A stretch of 64,000 nt of DNA from Selaginella moellendorffii. Lineage: Eukaryota > Plantae > Lycopodiophyta. The position numbers and the translations under genes are program-made. Under the pieces are notes generated by a model. The model worked only from the letters and a program-made list of their open reading frames with translations, made no database searches and was not told the DNA's origin. Below, piece by piece: positions 1-11,700 of this stretch. The stretch is from positions 62,001 to 126,000 of the forward strand of contig NW_003314422.1 of NCBI RefSeq assembly GCF_000143415.4. Direction: 5' to 3'. Numbering within the stretch: position 1 is the first letter of the stretch; each line of letters starts with the position of its first letter.

Positions 1-2341
1 GTGGCCAAATTTGAAAGTAGTGTAAGTTTCTCGTATCTCATGTTCCAGGCGAAGTATCTACATGTTTCTATGCAGGTATCCGCCTTTCCCTGTTTTGCGA
101 CGAACAAATGATAAATCCAGGATGCGTGGTGTTGGCTGCCATCATCCCAAGTTTTTTCTCTTAAAGCGTTCAAAAGATATTCGAGTTATAGTGACGTCCT
201 CCAATTTGAATTACAGACAGGTATTTCGTTTTCATATTCTCCTTTGGAGTTTGCTAACTCTTTTTTTTTTCACAGTGGCTGCAAGTCTCCAACACGGTTT
301 GGTGGCAAGATTTTCCCCTTCGCAACACAAGAGACTATTCCTCTCTATTTTCGTCCAAGATTACCGAGGGCGGAGAAAGAAATGGAGATTTTGCAGCTTA
401 CTTGGCTGGCTTCATTTCCACTTTGGTGAAAGACGTTCCTAGCGAAGCTCATTGGGCAACCGACTTGGCTTGCTACAATTTTTCGAAGGCAACGGTGTCA
501 CTGGTTGCGTCAGTACCGGGATTCTGGGAGGAACTGTTGCCTTTCCCAGAGAGTATGAAGGTAAGCTTTTTATTTTGGTGTTTGTAAATCGTTCTGATTA
601 AATTCCGAAGCAGGAGCTGGAGAAAAGTTACCTCGGCACCGTAGCAACAACAGTTGCGGGAATTAGCCATCAATTTTCCCCCAAATGCGATCCTAATGGA
701 CTGAGATTGCGAAAGCTCGCTGCTCTCTTGAACAGTTTGCCTCTTGATCCAGAAGGCATGGTGCACGTCCAACTCAAGCGAGCCAAAGACTTACCTGCTG
801 ATCCGAATGCAGTGGTGATTTCCGTGGTTCCACCAACTCAGCAGTTGCGCTTTCTCGAGCAAAGTATGTGTTAACTTCTGGTGTTCTGTTTTATGATTTA
901 CCGAATTCTGTGTGTGTGATACAGGCGATATTGTATCACAAGCAGAGGAGCTGCCGATTGGATTCTTGCCAAAACGTGCAGCTGCATGGGTTTCAACGCT
1001 GTGTGACGCTGGTTTGTGTAGCTGGAGGGCCATGCTATGGCCCAAGCAAGTGCTTGGTGTGGCAGCTGGCCAAAGCAAAAGCGTAGTACAGCTTGGACTT
1101 CATGTTTTTGAGGTAACCCGTGCTTTATATCGTACATTGTTGACAGTGTTTTTGTGTATCAGGGGTCTAAGTTCGGGGAGCTTCTTACGAAAGACCAAGA
1201 ATCTGCAATGAGCAATCTCTTGCGCCATATTCAACGGAAATATGGCCTGTGGCGATTAACAGAAGTTCTTGCCGAGCACAAGTGGCCAGATTCCGCTGAA
1301 GTCGATTTTGTGTATTGTAAGTGCTGCTTAAAACTTATCACTAAAACTGATTGTCGAGGTCCTTGCAGGTTCCTCTTCCATTGGAACGTCCTTGAACTCG
1401 AACTTTCTGGCATCATTCTCCGATGCTGCAGGCCGCAAGGCATCACTAGACGATTCGTGTGAATCAGATCCGGAGGTAAGGTTTTGTTATTGTACGTGAC
1501 TATCTTGCGATCTTTTCCTATTCAGTGGGGCCGCTGGACCGCGGAGCATGAGGCGGCCAATCCATCAATAGAAGTAGTTTTCCCGACCTTGGACCGGTTA
1601 AAAAGCGCGAAATGGGGCCCTTCTTCATACCGAGGAATTCTTTGCTTCCCAGAGGTACATAAATGTTTTTTGCCGAGCAAGCAAACATCACTTCTACCAA
1701 CAACAGCGAACGTGGGAGAGAATAAAATCGACGAGCGCTGTCAACTTGCACGACGCAATTCCATGTCCACCTAGTCGAGAAGGAATCCCAATGCATGTAA
1801 AGGTACTATAAGTTCTAAGTTGCAAAGAATGCTCAGTCACACTATCTGTTCAACCTCGCAGGTAGCACAGAGACGATTTAAATCGCCCACATCAAGCCAA
1901 GCATTTGGCTGGATTTATACAGGCTCACACAACTTTAGCCCCGCCGCGTGGGGCAAATACGTCAAAAAGGCGGCGAGCAACGACGACGAATACCAGTCAC
2001 CTTGCACTCGACTACACATTTGTAACTACGAGCTCGGGATAATATTCATAGATCCGCCACCAACATACCAGGACGATGGTGATTCCAACACAACGAAACA
2101 ACAAAACCATGGTGGAATCGATAGTTTTACACTGCCGTTTCGAGTACCGGCACCAAAGTACAGCTCTTTAGACAGGCCTGCGACAGGCAGCGCAATCTTC
2201 CAACTTGTACAACAATTAGGGGAGGGGCAGCGATCCGTCCTAAACGAGGCTGGAGAGCACGAAGGCGTGTCACTGTCGGACGTGGAGATTGATACACAGG
2301 AGCCGGAAGAGGACGATGCATCCTCGAGCGCGTGCTTATAA
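1..2341 (+). CDS. TDP1: Tyrosyl-DNA phosphodiesterase 1 beta-like (Tdp1 with internal HIRAN-like region); multi-exon, 5' end outside the window
   Basis: Exons joined across ~50-60 nt GT-AG introns (e.g. 221-274, 561-614, 864-924, 1113-1162, 1317-1368, 1476-1524, 1654-1706, 1803-1861) give both HKN motifs (CHHPK..TSSN; PMHVK..YTGSHNFSPAAWG), NYELGIIF, and a HIRAN-like LKRAKDLPADPNAV segment. Confidence 0.88.
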
Positions 2342-2570
2342 GCCAGGTACTTAGTTCCCTAGTAGTTTGGAAAGTAGAATTGGTTCTAACAAGTTTCGCG
2401 ACTACAGGCCACGAGGACGAGATTTCTTGGCGTGTTTCTAAGCCTAGCACTTTGGAATGTAGAAAAATTTCGAGACTACAGGCGACGAGGACGAGATCTC
2501 CCCCGGTGGAGCGCGTGCTTACAAGCAAGGTACTTCTCTAGCACTTTATAGTTGGTTCTAACTAGTTCAC
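2310..2570 (+). repeat. Degenerate tandem triplication of an intron/exon module at the Tdp1 3' end
   Basis: Recurring GAGGACGA, GAGCGCGTGCTTA..AG|GTACTT, TTGGTTCTAAC and TTTCG.GACTACAG|GC blocks. Confidence 0.65.
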
Positions 2571-2776
2571 TTCTAACCACCTACACTGTTTGTATCAAAG
2601 ACAGTCAGTCCATCGCTGCCACCTCGCCATCAGCCGTTGAGCTAATTTGCCACATCATCTCTTGGTTCTTGGCACTTTGATCTCGGGCTTTCTAGCGTCA
2701 CAAGAGGTATGTGACGGGCAGCCCAGTAGCAGACCCCTTTTGATCGCCGCTGGCATTGTTTTCCTTTGCAAGATAG

Positions 2777-3361
2777 ATGGGGAGAGAAATGGAGGAGCTT
2801 GGCTTGCCGGTCGAGGTCCGCGACTACCTCCAGTCGGTCTCCAACGCCGAGGTCGCCCTCTTCGTGGCGGACAAGCGCCCCGCCAGCGTCCGCGAGGCCC
2901 AAGACATGGTGGCCGAGCTCGGGGCGCCGCCGGTGAACAAGACTTTCATGATATCCTACGGCGACTCCAACGACTATGGCTTTTGGGCCCGCGGCACGGT
3001 CAACGGTCGCCCGGCGTCCTTCATGCCCAACTACGGCTCCGACGCCTTGGTCTCGGCCAGCGCGGTCAACCGCCTAGGGTTGACTACCACCCTGTGCCGC
3101 CCCTTCCGCGTTGACGGGTCGCCCGTGGTCCACAACCGCAAGGTGAGCGACCTAGTGTTCGAGCTGGATGGCGGGTACAAAGGCTGCATGGATTTCTACG
3201 TAGGGGATGGCGGGCGCAACGATTTCGTGTTTGGCAACCGCGATATGACCAAGTTGGGTACCGGGTGCTCGGTTTACTACGGGCGCATGCTGGTGGAGCT
3301 CAGGGGTGGAGACGGGACTTTTACCTCGCCCCTCTACGAGGGCCGTCCTGGGTTCCACTAG
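2777..3361 (+). CDS. Intronless, GC-rich 194-aa ORF: Ty3/gypsy Gag C-terminus-like segment plus retropepsin-like domain lacking the catalytic D-T/S-G
   Basis: Aligns by eye with the Gag-PR of the chromovirus in this window (GTVNGRPASFMPNYGSDALVS vs [22 protein letters not shown]; MDFYV..DFVFG vs MDFTV..DVIFG). Strong GC3 bias. Probable 5' UTR intron from 2707 to 2772 or 2776. Confidence 0.65.
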   Translation: MGREMEELGLPVEVRDYLQSVSNAEVALFVADKRPASVREAQDMVAELGAPPVNKTFMISYGDSNDYGFWARGTVNGRPASFMPNYGSDALVSASAVNRLGLTTTLCRPFRVDGSPVVHNRKVSDLVFELDGGYKGCMDFYVGDGGRNDFVFGNRDMTKLGTGCSVYYGRMLVELRGGDGTFTSPLYEGRPGFH

Positions 3362-3726
3362 GTGGGGAGCGATCTTCATTCTCACAAGCTCATTTTCATT
3401 TTCAGCAATGTGCTACTAGGTAGGAACCAAGTGGTAAGCATTCACTCACAGAACTCCTGTTCTTATTCTCGGTTCATTTTTAAAGAAAAACCCATCGTTT
3501 TCATTCTCACCAATGTGACTCTTTCTTTTCTTTTTGTTTTGTGCTGAAAATCGACATTTTCCAACCCAAGACTTAGCCTTGTTTTCTTTATACAATTCAC
3601 TATGACTTTGCCCAATGCCAGGACCCTTCGGAGCACGCTGAAAAGTACAAACAACGCGTTCTAGGAGTGAAGCTCGTATAGTTTGTTCATGAGCGATTTT
3701 TGCGTTAACAGCGATCTTATCAAAAG

Positions 3727-6700
3727 ATGTCTTTCGATCCCACGTCCGTGTTGCCAGCGGTCATTGCCGTGCCTATCAACGAAGCTTTCAAGCTCCTCAT
3801 ATCCGGGGCCTCCAAGTACTGGAATTTCCCAAGCGCGTCCAAGGCTGCAATTAACGAGTACACGCCTATCTACAATCTTGCACTAATGCGTATTGCGGCC
3901 GTACAAGATCATGCTTCGGATGAATATCAAACACTGACTCGTTTTTGCGATTGTTTCAATGAAATGGAGCAGCATATCAAGAACGTCCACTCAGCTCATC
4001 CCAGGTAACATCCTCATCTGGAAAAATTCTGGAACACTAAACATCACTCTACTGCAGATACATCGGGGAGATTTTCCGCTTCTTCGGCGCCAGATCTAAA
4101 CTCGACAGCTTGATGCCTATCTTAAACGCCCAGCAAGTTCTCGAGCGGCCTTTGGCTCTAGTCCACTCTCAGCAAATCCAGGCTTTGGACTCTCGGCCGC
4201 CCCATGAGTTTCAGTACCGCTGCCAGCCCCCAAGTCTTCCTCCAGGCATAAACTACTTGATTGTTGGAAGAGACGAGGAGTTTTCCAGGTTCAAGTCACT
4301 GCTTCTGGACGAGGGAGGGCCAGAAAGGATTGGCTTGTTTGGCCCGAGCGGCGTTGGGAAGACGTTCCTGGTGACCCATCTGTGTCGCGACGGGGAGATC
4401 GCCAGTCATTTTGATGGCATCATCTGGATCAGTTTTGATTACAGAGAGCGCTTCGATACGTTGGTCACTATGCAAGCAGACATACTTTCTCGGTTGACAG
4501 GGAACGATCGGAGGGTAGCATCGGTTGCAAATGGAAGCAGGGAGATTTTCAACTTTATAACCAGGAGCAGCCTCAAGAGATACATGCTTGTTTTGGACAA
4601 TGTATGGAAAAAGAACTGGCTGCATCTTTTAGATCAGGAAGGTGACATGGGGAGGGGGAACAAGGTGGTGGCCATCGCCAGCAATGCCAAGCTATTTCCA
4701 GAGGATAGGTGGACTAGTGTCAAGTTGGATCCTTTGTCTTTTGATGATGGCTACAAACTCATTTGCATGCAAGCGTTTGGAGGAGAAGACCAGGTCCCAG
4801 ACACCCTTGATAGAGATTATGTGGAGAAGATGGTTTGGCTGTGCAGTGGAGTTCCCAAGGCTCTTCAGGTGATGGGCAGATATATGAGAAGAAACAAGGA
4901 TCGTCCTTGGTTTTATTGGCAGCATGTTCTTGACAATATCAACAGGTGGGAACTGGATGAATGGAAGGGCATATTTGAAATGGTGAAACTGAGTTTTATG
5001 GAGCTGGACGAAGATGCGCAGCTGCTCTTTTTTTCCCTCGCCCTGTTAAGAGATCCCTGGGATGAATCGAGCTTATTTCACCTGTGGCGAGCAATGAGGT
5101 GCTCAGAAGACGATAACCTTTGTTTTGAGTTGCATAAATTCAACGATGCCATCTGCAGGCTAGAAGATGCATCGTTTGGGCAGCGGCAGTGGGACGATCA
5201 AATCGTTGTCGACGATCTTATGATGAGTTTTGCTGACTACATCATAGACAACGAGCCATTATTTTTTACCACTTTAAAGATTTGCAGAGACACTCAAGGA
5301 TATCTAGTTGTAAGTCAACCCAATGCTGAACAGATTGTGCTTGTCAATAAGATTACTTCCCAGCCTCTCATTGAAGCTCCATCGCTTAGGTTCCTGCGTT
5401 GTCATGTAGCAACTTTCACGGAATCTTTTCTGGGGAAACTTGTGGAGCTCAGGTACTTACACTTGGAGTCATGGTGTAGTGGCTTGTGGAATGCTCTTCG
5501 GAAGCTTTCTAAGCTAGAGGCACTCAGAATAGTACTACGGGGCAGAGAAGCGGATGCCGTTATTGATCTCAGCTTTCTGCATGGGATGCATAACCTGAGC
5601 GAATTATACATTTACTATTACAAACTTCCAGTGGTAAACTTTGAGTTTGTGAGGAAATTAAGAAAGCTGAAGGTTTTACGACTTGAAGATAAACATGTGA
5701 ATGTCAGATACGACGGGAAACTCAGGTGTCCTAAAGAAGATCTTATTCTCTCCAAAAACGCACTGGAATTATTCAAAACTTTCAGTGGGTCTAAGATGCT
5801 AACAATGCTACATCTTGGAGCTATTATTCTTACAGAGCTGCCGTGCCATATCAACTTTCCACGTCTCACTAGCTTGCAAATTATGGTTGCGTCAAGATCC
5901 CTACCACCCAGCTTTGAAGAGCTTCAGAACTTGGAGAGCCTGGAATTAGACGGTTGTGGAGTGCTGGAAGAAGTGCCACGGTTGGGCAGGCTTTGCAACC
6001 TCCGGCAGCTTCAAATTTCGGGCTGTCCTACAATGGAACGCATTCCTGACTCTGCTCTTCAAGATGGTTTAGTGTCCTTCCCACGGCTTGAGCGCCTCAG
6101 CATTTCAGACTGTCCAAAGCTGGCTCACCTTCCTCACGTACAATCCACGAGACCGCTTGTTGTCCACCTGGAGGCACTACCAGCTTTAAGACAAATCGAC
6201 GAGCAGTTATTCATTGATCCTCTTATTATTGATAACTGTGGGTTGATCCAAGAGGTTAATGTTGGAAAAAGCTTGCGCCGAGATCTTCCTATCTCCGTGT
6301 GTGAGAGCATAGACGACATTCCAGTGATAGGCAACCTTACACTAGGGGAACGGATACCCCCCATCTTCAATTTGATTGAATTCTCTACCTCGATGATGCT
6401 GCACATTATGGAGTGTGAGAAGCTGCTGCTACAAAAGCTTCCCAAAGCTCTTCCTATGCTTCGTAAGCTCTCATTGGACAAGGTGACATCTTTGGTGGAG
6501 ATTAATGACATGTTCTTGCCAAGACTGGAACGACTGACGATCTTAGATTGTGAGATGCTGCACAACATTTCAGCTAGATTGCCATCACTCAAAGAGCTTG
6601 TGCTGCAGAACTTACCATCTTTGTCAAGAATTAATATGCAATCTGATCCAGAGGCAGTTTCAGATCCGGACAAGCTGTACAGCGTTCCAGCTCTTCCTTC

Positions 6701-7277
6701 TACAGTCATGAGGATTGAACTAGTGGCATTACTATCTTTGGTGGAGATTGGCGGCATTATGCCGTCCAAAAATCTCGAAATGCTCATAGTATCGGATTGT
6801 GAGAAGCTGCGCAGCCTCCCAGCTCAATCTCTCAATGCCACCACGGCAGATCATGCAAAAGGCTATCGGCTTGTCTTAAAGAACTTGCCATCTCTAGTCG
6901 AGATTGGACAAGGTTACAGCATGTCAAGGGTGAGTATCTTGCACTGCGAGAAGTTGCACAGGGTTCCCTCCATTTCTGGGATGACGGAACTTCGACTGAA
7001 GAGTTTGCCATTGCTGGTCGATATCGAGGAAAGCTGTGCGGTAAAATTGTACATTTCGGACTGTGAGCAGCTGCAAAGAGTTCCTCCCATGCACGGACTT
7101 GAACGCCTTTCGCTGAAGAATCTACCATCCTTGATCCAGATTGATAGAGGTTCTCTATCCACAATCACACACTTGAAGATCTCGGGCTGTGAAAAACTAG
7201 ACGAGGCAGAACAGATTGCACAAGAGTGGGAAGAAAGTGACGATGATGAAGCAAGCTGTCTGACAAGGAATTTTTGA
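3727..7277 (+). CDS. NB-ARC-LRR (NLR) with RPW8/CC-R-like N-terminus, ~1165 aa, 2 exons (3727-4004, 4058-7277)
   Basis: The phase-2 intron 4005-4057 joins the two ORFs in frame. Motifs: P-loop GPSGVGKT, RNBS-A FDGIIWIS, Walker B MLVLDNVW, GLPL-like CSGVPKAL, and many LxIxxCxxLxxLP repeats. Confidence 0.92.
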
Positions 7278-7427
7278 TATCTAAGGAGATAAAGAACAAT
7301 CCATTTTGATTGCAATACAGGTTCATAAACTACAAAATCAATCGAAAACAATCAGAGCCGAGAAAATCAAGAAACTCTGACCAGCTCTCCGCAGATTTCT
7401 AAACGCTGTCCTTAAAGGAAAATCCAA

Positions 7428-8033
7428 TTATTTGCCGAAGTTTTGTAATCGCCACTTCCGCACAACCGGCCTCACATCCTCGACCTTCGCAAGGCCGAGC
7501 AAAAACGGGACGAGGTCCAGCAGCTCGCGATCACCGGGGTTGTCCCAGAAGCTCGAAACGGGCACCCAGTTATCCAGGTTCCACACACACTTAGACTCGG
7601 AGTCGTCCACAATCACCACCCTCTCCATCCCCCGCCCCAGCATCGACAAATCCTTGACGTGCCCAACTTCGCTGCTCCAGCTGCAATGCTCGGTATACAA
7701 TCTGTGCGCAAACAATCTTCCCTCGGGGTCGAGCTCGTCCAGGATCGGATCCGCGATGCGCCGGTCGCACGACGTGAAGACGACGATCTCGTAGACACGG
7801 GCCATTTGGCGGAGGAAATCGTCGACAAAGGGGCGCTTGAGAGTGAGAAGTGTGCCATCGGATCCACGGACTTTGGAAACGAAGTCGTACCTCTGGTCGG
7901 GGCTTGTGACGCTCGAGACGAGCGTGTGATTCATGTCGAGAACTAGGGTTGGCTTGCCTTCGTGCTCGGGGCGCTGATCGGGTGGGATGAGAGGACGCCA
8001 TGGCCGCGGCTCGGAAGCTCTCGCCAATACCAT
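7428..8033 (-). CDS. SCP1/CTDSP-like (NIF/FCP1-homology) HAD phosphatase; intronless; motif I is DMNHT
   Basis: PTLVLDMNHTLV, KRPFVDDFL, YEIVVFT, HRLY.EHC, VKDLSMLGR, VIVDDS, DRELLDL.PFL, DVRPV. Confidence 0.88.
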   Translation of the reverse strand: MVLARASEPRPWRPLIPPDQRPEHEGKPTLVLDMNHTLVSSVTSPDQRYDFVSKVRGSDGTLLTLKRPFVDDFLRQMARVYEIVVFTSCDRRIADPILDELDPEGRLFAHRLYTEHCSWSSEVGHVKDLSMLGRGMERVVIVDDSESKCVWNLDNWVPVSSFWDNPGDRELLDLVPFLLGLAKVEDVRPVVRKWRLQNFGK

Positions 8034-8108
8034 TCTCTCTTCTTCTCCAAAACCCTGAAAAACCCTTTGTAATTGTAAGACCTTTAATAGTGGGGGTTTT
8101 TAGGGTTT
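8034..8108. promoter_or_regulatory. 75-bp head-to-head interval with telo-box-like motifs (putative bidirectional promoter/UTR)
   Basis: AAAACCCTG at 8049 and TTAGGGTTT at 8100-8108 lie between the divergent ATGs at 8033 and 8109. Confidence 0.5.
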
Positions 8109-8587
8109 ATGGCGATTCGCTTCTCTGGCTCGTCCTCGGAGGTGCTGCGCGTCTTCAACCGGGCGGTGGATTTGCTGGCGAGCAGCGCGCCGGAAAGCGA
8201 CCAGGAGCTGCTGGAGATGGTGAGGAAGGCCAAGAAGGAGCAGGAGAGCAACATCTTCCATCCGCCCAAGAAATTGCGCACTGGTAAGGCATTTGATCGA
8301 GGGATTGATTGATCGACGTCCTTCTATGGCAGCGCGCGCGGCTGGAGATAGCGATTCCACTGCTCCTGCTGCTACTGCTACTGCTGCGGCGTCCAAATTG
8401 GGAGCATCGTCTCGCCCATCTGACCAGCAACAGGTAGAATTCTACTCCCTCTCTCTCACACTCACAAATTTCTTGGATCCAGGCCTCTAACCAGCCGCCA
8501 AAGCCGAGTGGATTGGTGCGATTGGGCTCCAACGCCGGCGTCGCAAGGGGGCGCGTCGAGAAACCCAAGCGCAAGCCAGGGCGGTAA
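8109..8587 (+). CDS. Small hypothetical protein (~126 aa), 3 exons (8109-8283, 8333-8432, 8483-8587), basic NLS-like motifs
   Basis: Two 49-50 nt GT-AG introns with compatible phases give a continuous ORF containing PPKKLR and ending KPKRKPGR*. Confidence 0.6.
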
Positions 8588-8701
8588 TGCCCAAGAGCCC
8601 TAAATCTGCGAATATGCTGGATGATGCTTATTTAAAAAGCTCACAGAATATTCTTGTAACGGCACTCGAATATTACGTTAGAATGTTAGGGTTTATGGCC
8701 G

Positions 8702-11700
8702 ATGGCGGACGATATTTTGGAATTCGTGCGCCATCGCGTCTTCCCCGAGCGCCTGCACGCCATCGATGCGTCCATGAAGCTGCCATTCGCTCCCTCGCTT
8801 CTACTTGCAGCGTGCGATGATCCAGAGCAGCGGCATTGTGTGCTGGGGAATTTGGAAGATCACAGGTGCGTTTCGCGAGCGCTCGAGTATGCGCGGCTGG
8901 ATTACGGGGAGATCTCGTGTAATATCGGTGCCGAAGCGGAGAATGCCGCGCCTATGGACGAAGATGGATTGCTCGATGGCGGGGAAAGTCCGGACGAATG
9001 CCTGGCGTTTGAGCAGGCTACTGAGGTAATCTTCTAAGTTTTAAAGGATGTCTTCCTTCTTTTTGATGGATCGTCTCCTTTTTTATAGAAAGGGCGCGTT
9101 GAGCTTGTTATAACATCCTTGCTAGGAAGAGCTTCAAAAGCAACCTCGAATTCCAGCATGGGCAGTATTTGGAATAACACGGCATATCTATCCGAGCTAA
9201 GGTTGCTTCTTCCAATCGCTGTTTCACGTTGTCCAGGAATTTTCACTCCAGGTTGAATTCTTTTCTTCTTCTCTCTCTCAAGTCTTACATTCAATGTTTT
9301 TTTTTTCTGCAGAGCTACTCGTCAAAAGCTTGCTGACTGCTGCCTGTGGCATAGAGCTTCTTGTCACAACGCTCGCAAACAATCCATCCCTGGTCGAGCG
9401 AGCTCCAACACTCCTGGTGGACCTCGTGAAACGGGAGTTAGATCAAGAGTCAGCCCGTGAAAAGTCGCCTGCTGAGCCTCGTTTTAAGCCGTCACGCGAG
9501 ATGGAAGCCGCCGTGTGGACGCTGTTCAAGCTTTGTCAGGTCTCTCGTTCGTTCGCCTCGACTTGCAGAGACGCGATGGTGGAGGCAATGGTTCTCGAGG
9601 AGCTGGCATTACTGGTGACTCTGGAGGTTTTACACGACGAGTTCGAGTTCCTATCAGAAGTTCTGTTCAAGAGCTTTACACTTGGTGGAACGGTACATAG
9701 CTTATTGCCATGGTTGGCGCAGTATCTATCGTCGAGAGAGAAAAGTTTGCTGCCACTTCCGCGTATGACCGACAAGGAGGGTCTCTCGACGCCATCCGAA
9801 AGATTTGTTAACAAGGAATGGGTGACTTGCGAGCTCAGGAAGGCCTTGCTGAGGCATGCGAGGAGGATAAAACAGAAAAAAGGATGGTGTCCTGAGCTAT
9901 ATGCACACTTGAAGATATATTGTGTCTTGATTCGAGTTGGAGACATCTCGCCATCGTTTGAAGAGGTACTCAAGTTTTCTTTCTTGTTTTGGTTCTGGCT
10001 TAATCTTTCGGCATGGCTGCAGAGTGATTTCTGGTTGAAAACAATTGCGCAAGACAAAACAAAGCCACCCTGTTGTTCGCAACGTATTCTCGAACTTGGA
10101 GTTGCATATTTATGTTTGGTACCAGGTCTAGCTGGAAGCCCAACGAGACTGCTGTACCATGGATGTGTGTCGTACTTGCTCTCACCCGTGAAGCAAGACA
10201 GCGGTTTTTCATCGACTGTGGAGCTTGCCATATGGTTGTCGGTGCAGCTATTTCTACGAAACTTGAACAACATAGCCCAGGTAAATCCAGTACGCGCGTC
10301 TTTTCTATTCTATGCTCTTACTGTGTGGCAGTTTGTTAGGGAGTCACTTGGAATCCACGTGACAGTGCACCATGGTTTGATGCATGATTTTGCGTCGGCT
10401 GCTGGAATAACGTCCGACCCGTCGCTGATTGCAAATGCCGTTGCTGCACTTCGGCCTCAAGGTGCTCTTGCTGGGAACGTGTAATCAAATCACCATTTAC
10501 CTTTCTCATTGACTGACTTTTGATTCTTGCAGGAAACAACAGAGTCGTGCACTAATGTGTCTCACGCAACTACTTCACGCGGGTACGTTCAGTCGGTGCT
10601 TCACGGACATCCTAGGTGCAGTAATACACAGTATTTCAAGAGCACGCGAGCCTGTTTGTCGTGTAAGTTGGCCTCTGGAGTCTTTATTTTTCTTTTCTTT
10701 TTTGTCTTACAAGCTTTGCGTCGATTCTAGGAGGTAGTGCACTTGATCCAATCTTATATGGATTTACCGGTTCAACAAGGAAATGCCAAAGGCCCTATAT
10801 TCAAAGCGGTCGAGCTGGAGACGTTCTTATTGGATGCCATATCTCCTGGCAGCTTGTCTTTTTATAACAACTGTTCGGATGATGGTGAGATTCTTTTCCA
10901 GATTATTCATGTCATTAGCTCGCTCTCTTGCAAATAGGTCTGCGGGAAGCTGTCGATCAGGCGCCGGCAGTTCTCGCGACATACTTCATTCTCTGCAGAG
11001 AACACCTCCTCAGAAGTTTGGGTGTTGACGACGATGTAAAGTGGTGGCCGGATTTGGTCTCAGGTACACCTTGGAGGCTGGTGCTCTCGTACATGGAGAA
11101 GTTCTCGTCGCAATACGAAAATCTTCTTCCTCAGGTAAGAAATCACCAAGTCAAATTCATGCTAGAAGCCTTTAACGTTTGTATCTGCTGCTCCTAGTGG
11201 CTCGCTCTCGCAACTGCACTCTTCCCTGAAAAGTTCATCGTACTCAACCATCTTGACCAAATGGAAGCAACGGACAGACTTATTGATACGGTAGGCGTCG
11301 ACGTCGCAATGACCGACGAACATGCGGCAGACAGGGACTCTTTATCAGTGGACGCAATTCAATCGGCAAGAAAGAAGGCTCCAAGCGAACCACAACTTAT
11401 TCTCCGTGTTCTGGACGGAATGCGTCGGCGAGCTTCTAGCTATGACTGGAAGTTGACAGACGTGGTTGGAAAGCCCAGCTACTGGACGCTAGAGAGCACT
11501 CTTATCAAGGAATTGCTGCCGTTTTTATTGGACCCAACGTGCCCGCATGACGTACAGGCAAAGTTTTGTAGCTGGTGGTACGCTTTGCCAGATGCTGCGA
11601 AGGAGCCTCTGATCATAGTCTTCTTCAAAGCGATTAAGGTCTCTGGCTCGGCCTATACTGGTCTCTTGAAGGAAGACACGCTACTGAGCTACAGAACTTT

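Noticed and set aside
6134-6787. Antisense ORFs over the NLR, INTS2, hAT and gag-pol genes
   Set aside because: Shadow frames of real coding sequence with no motifs of their own.
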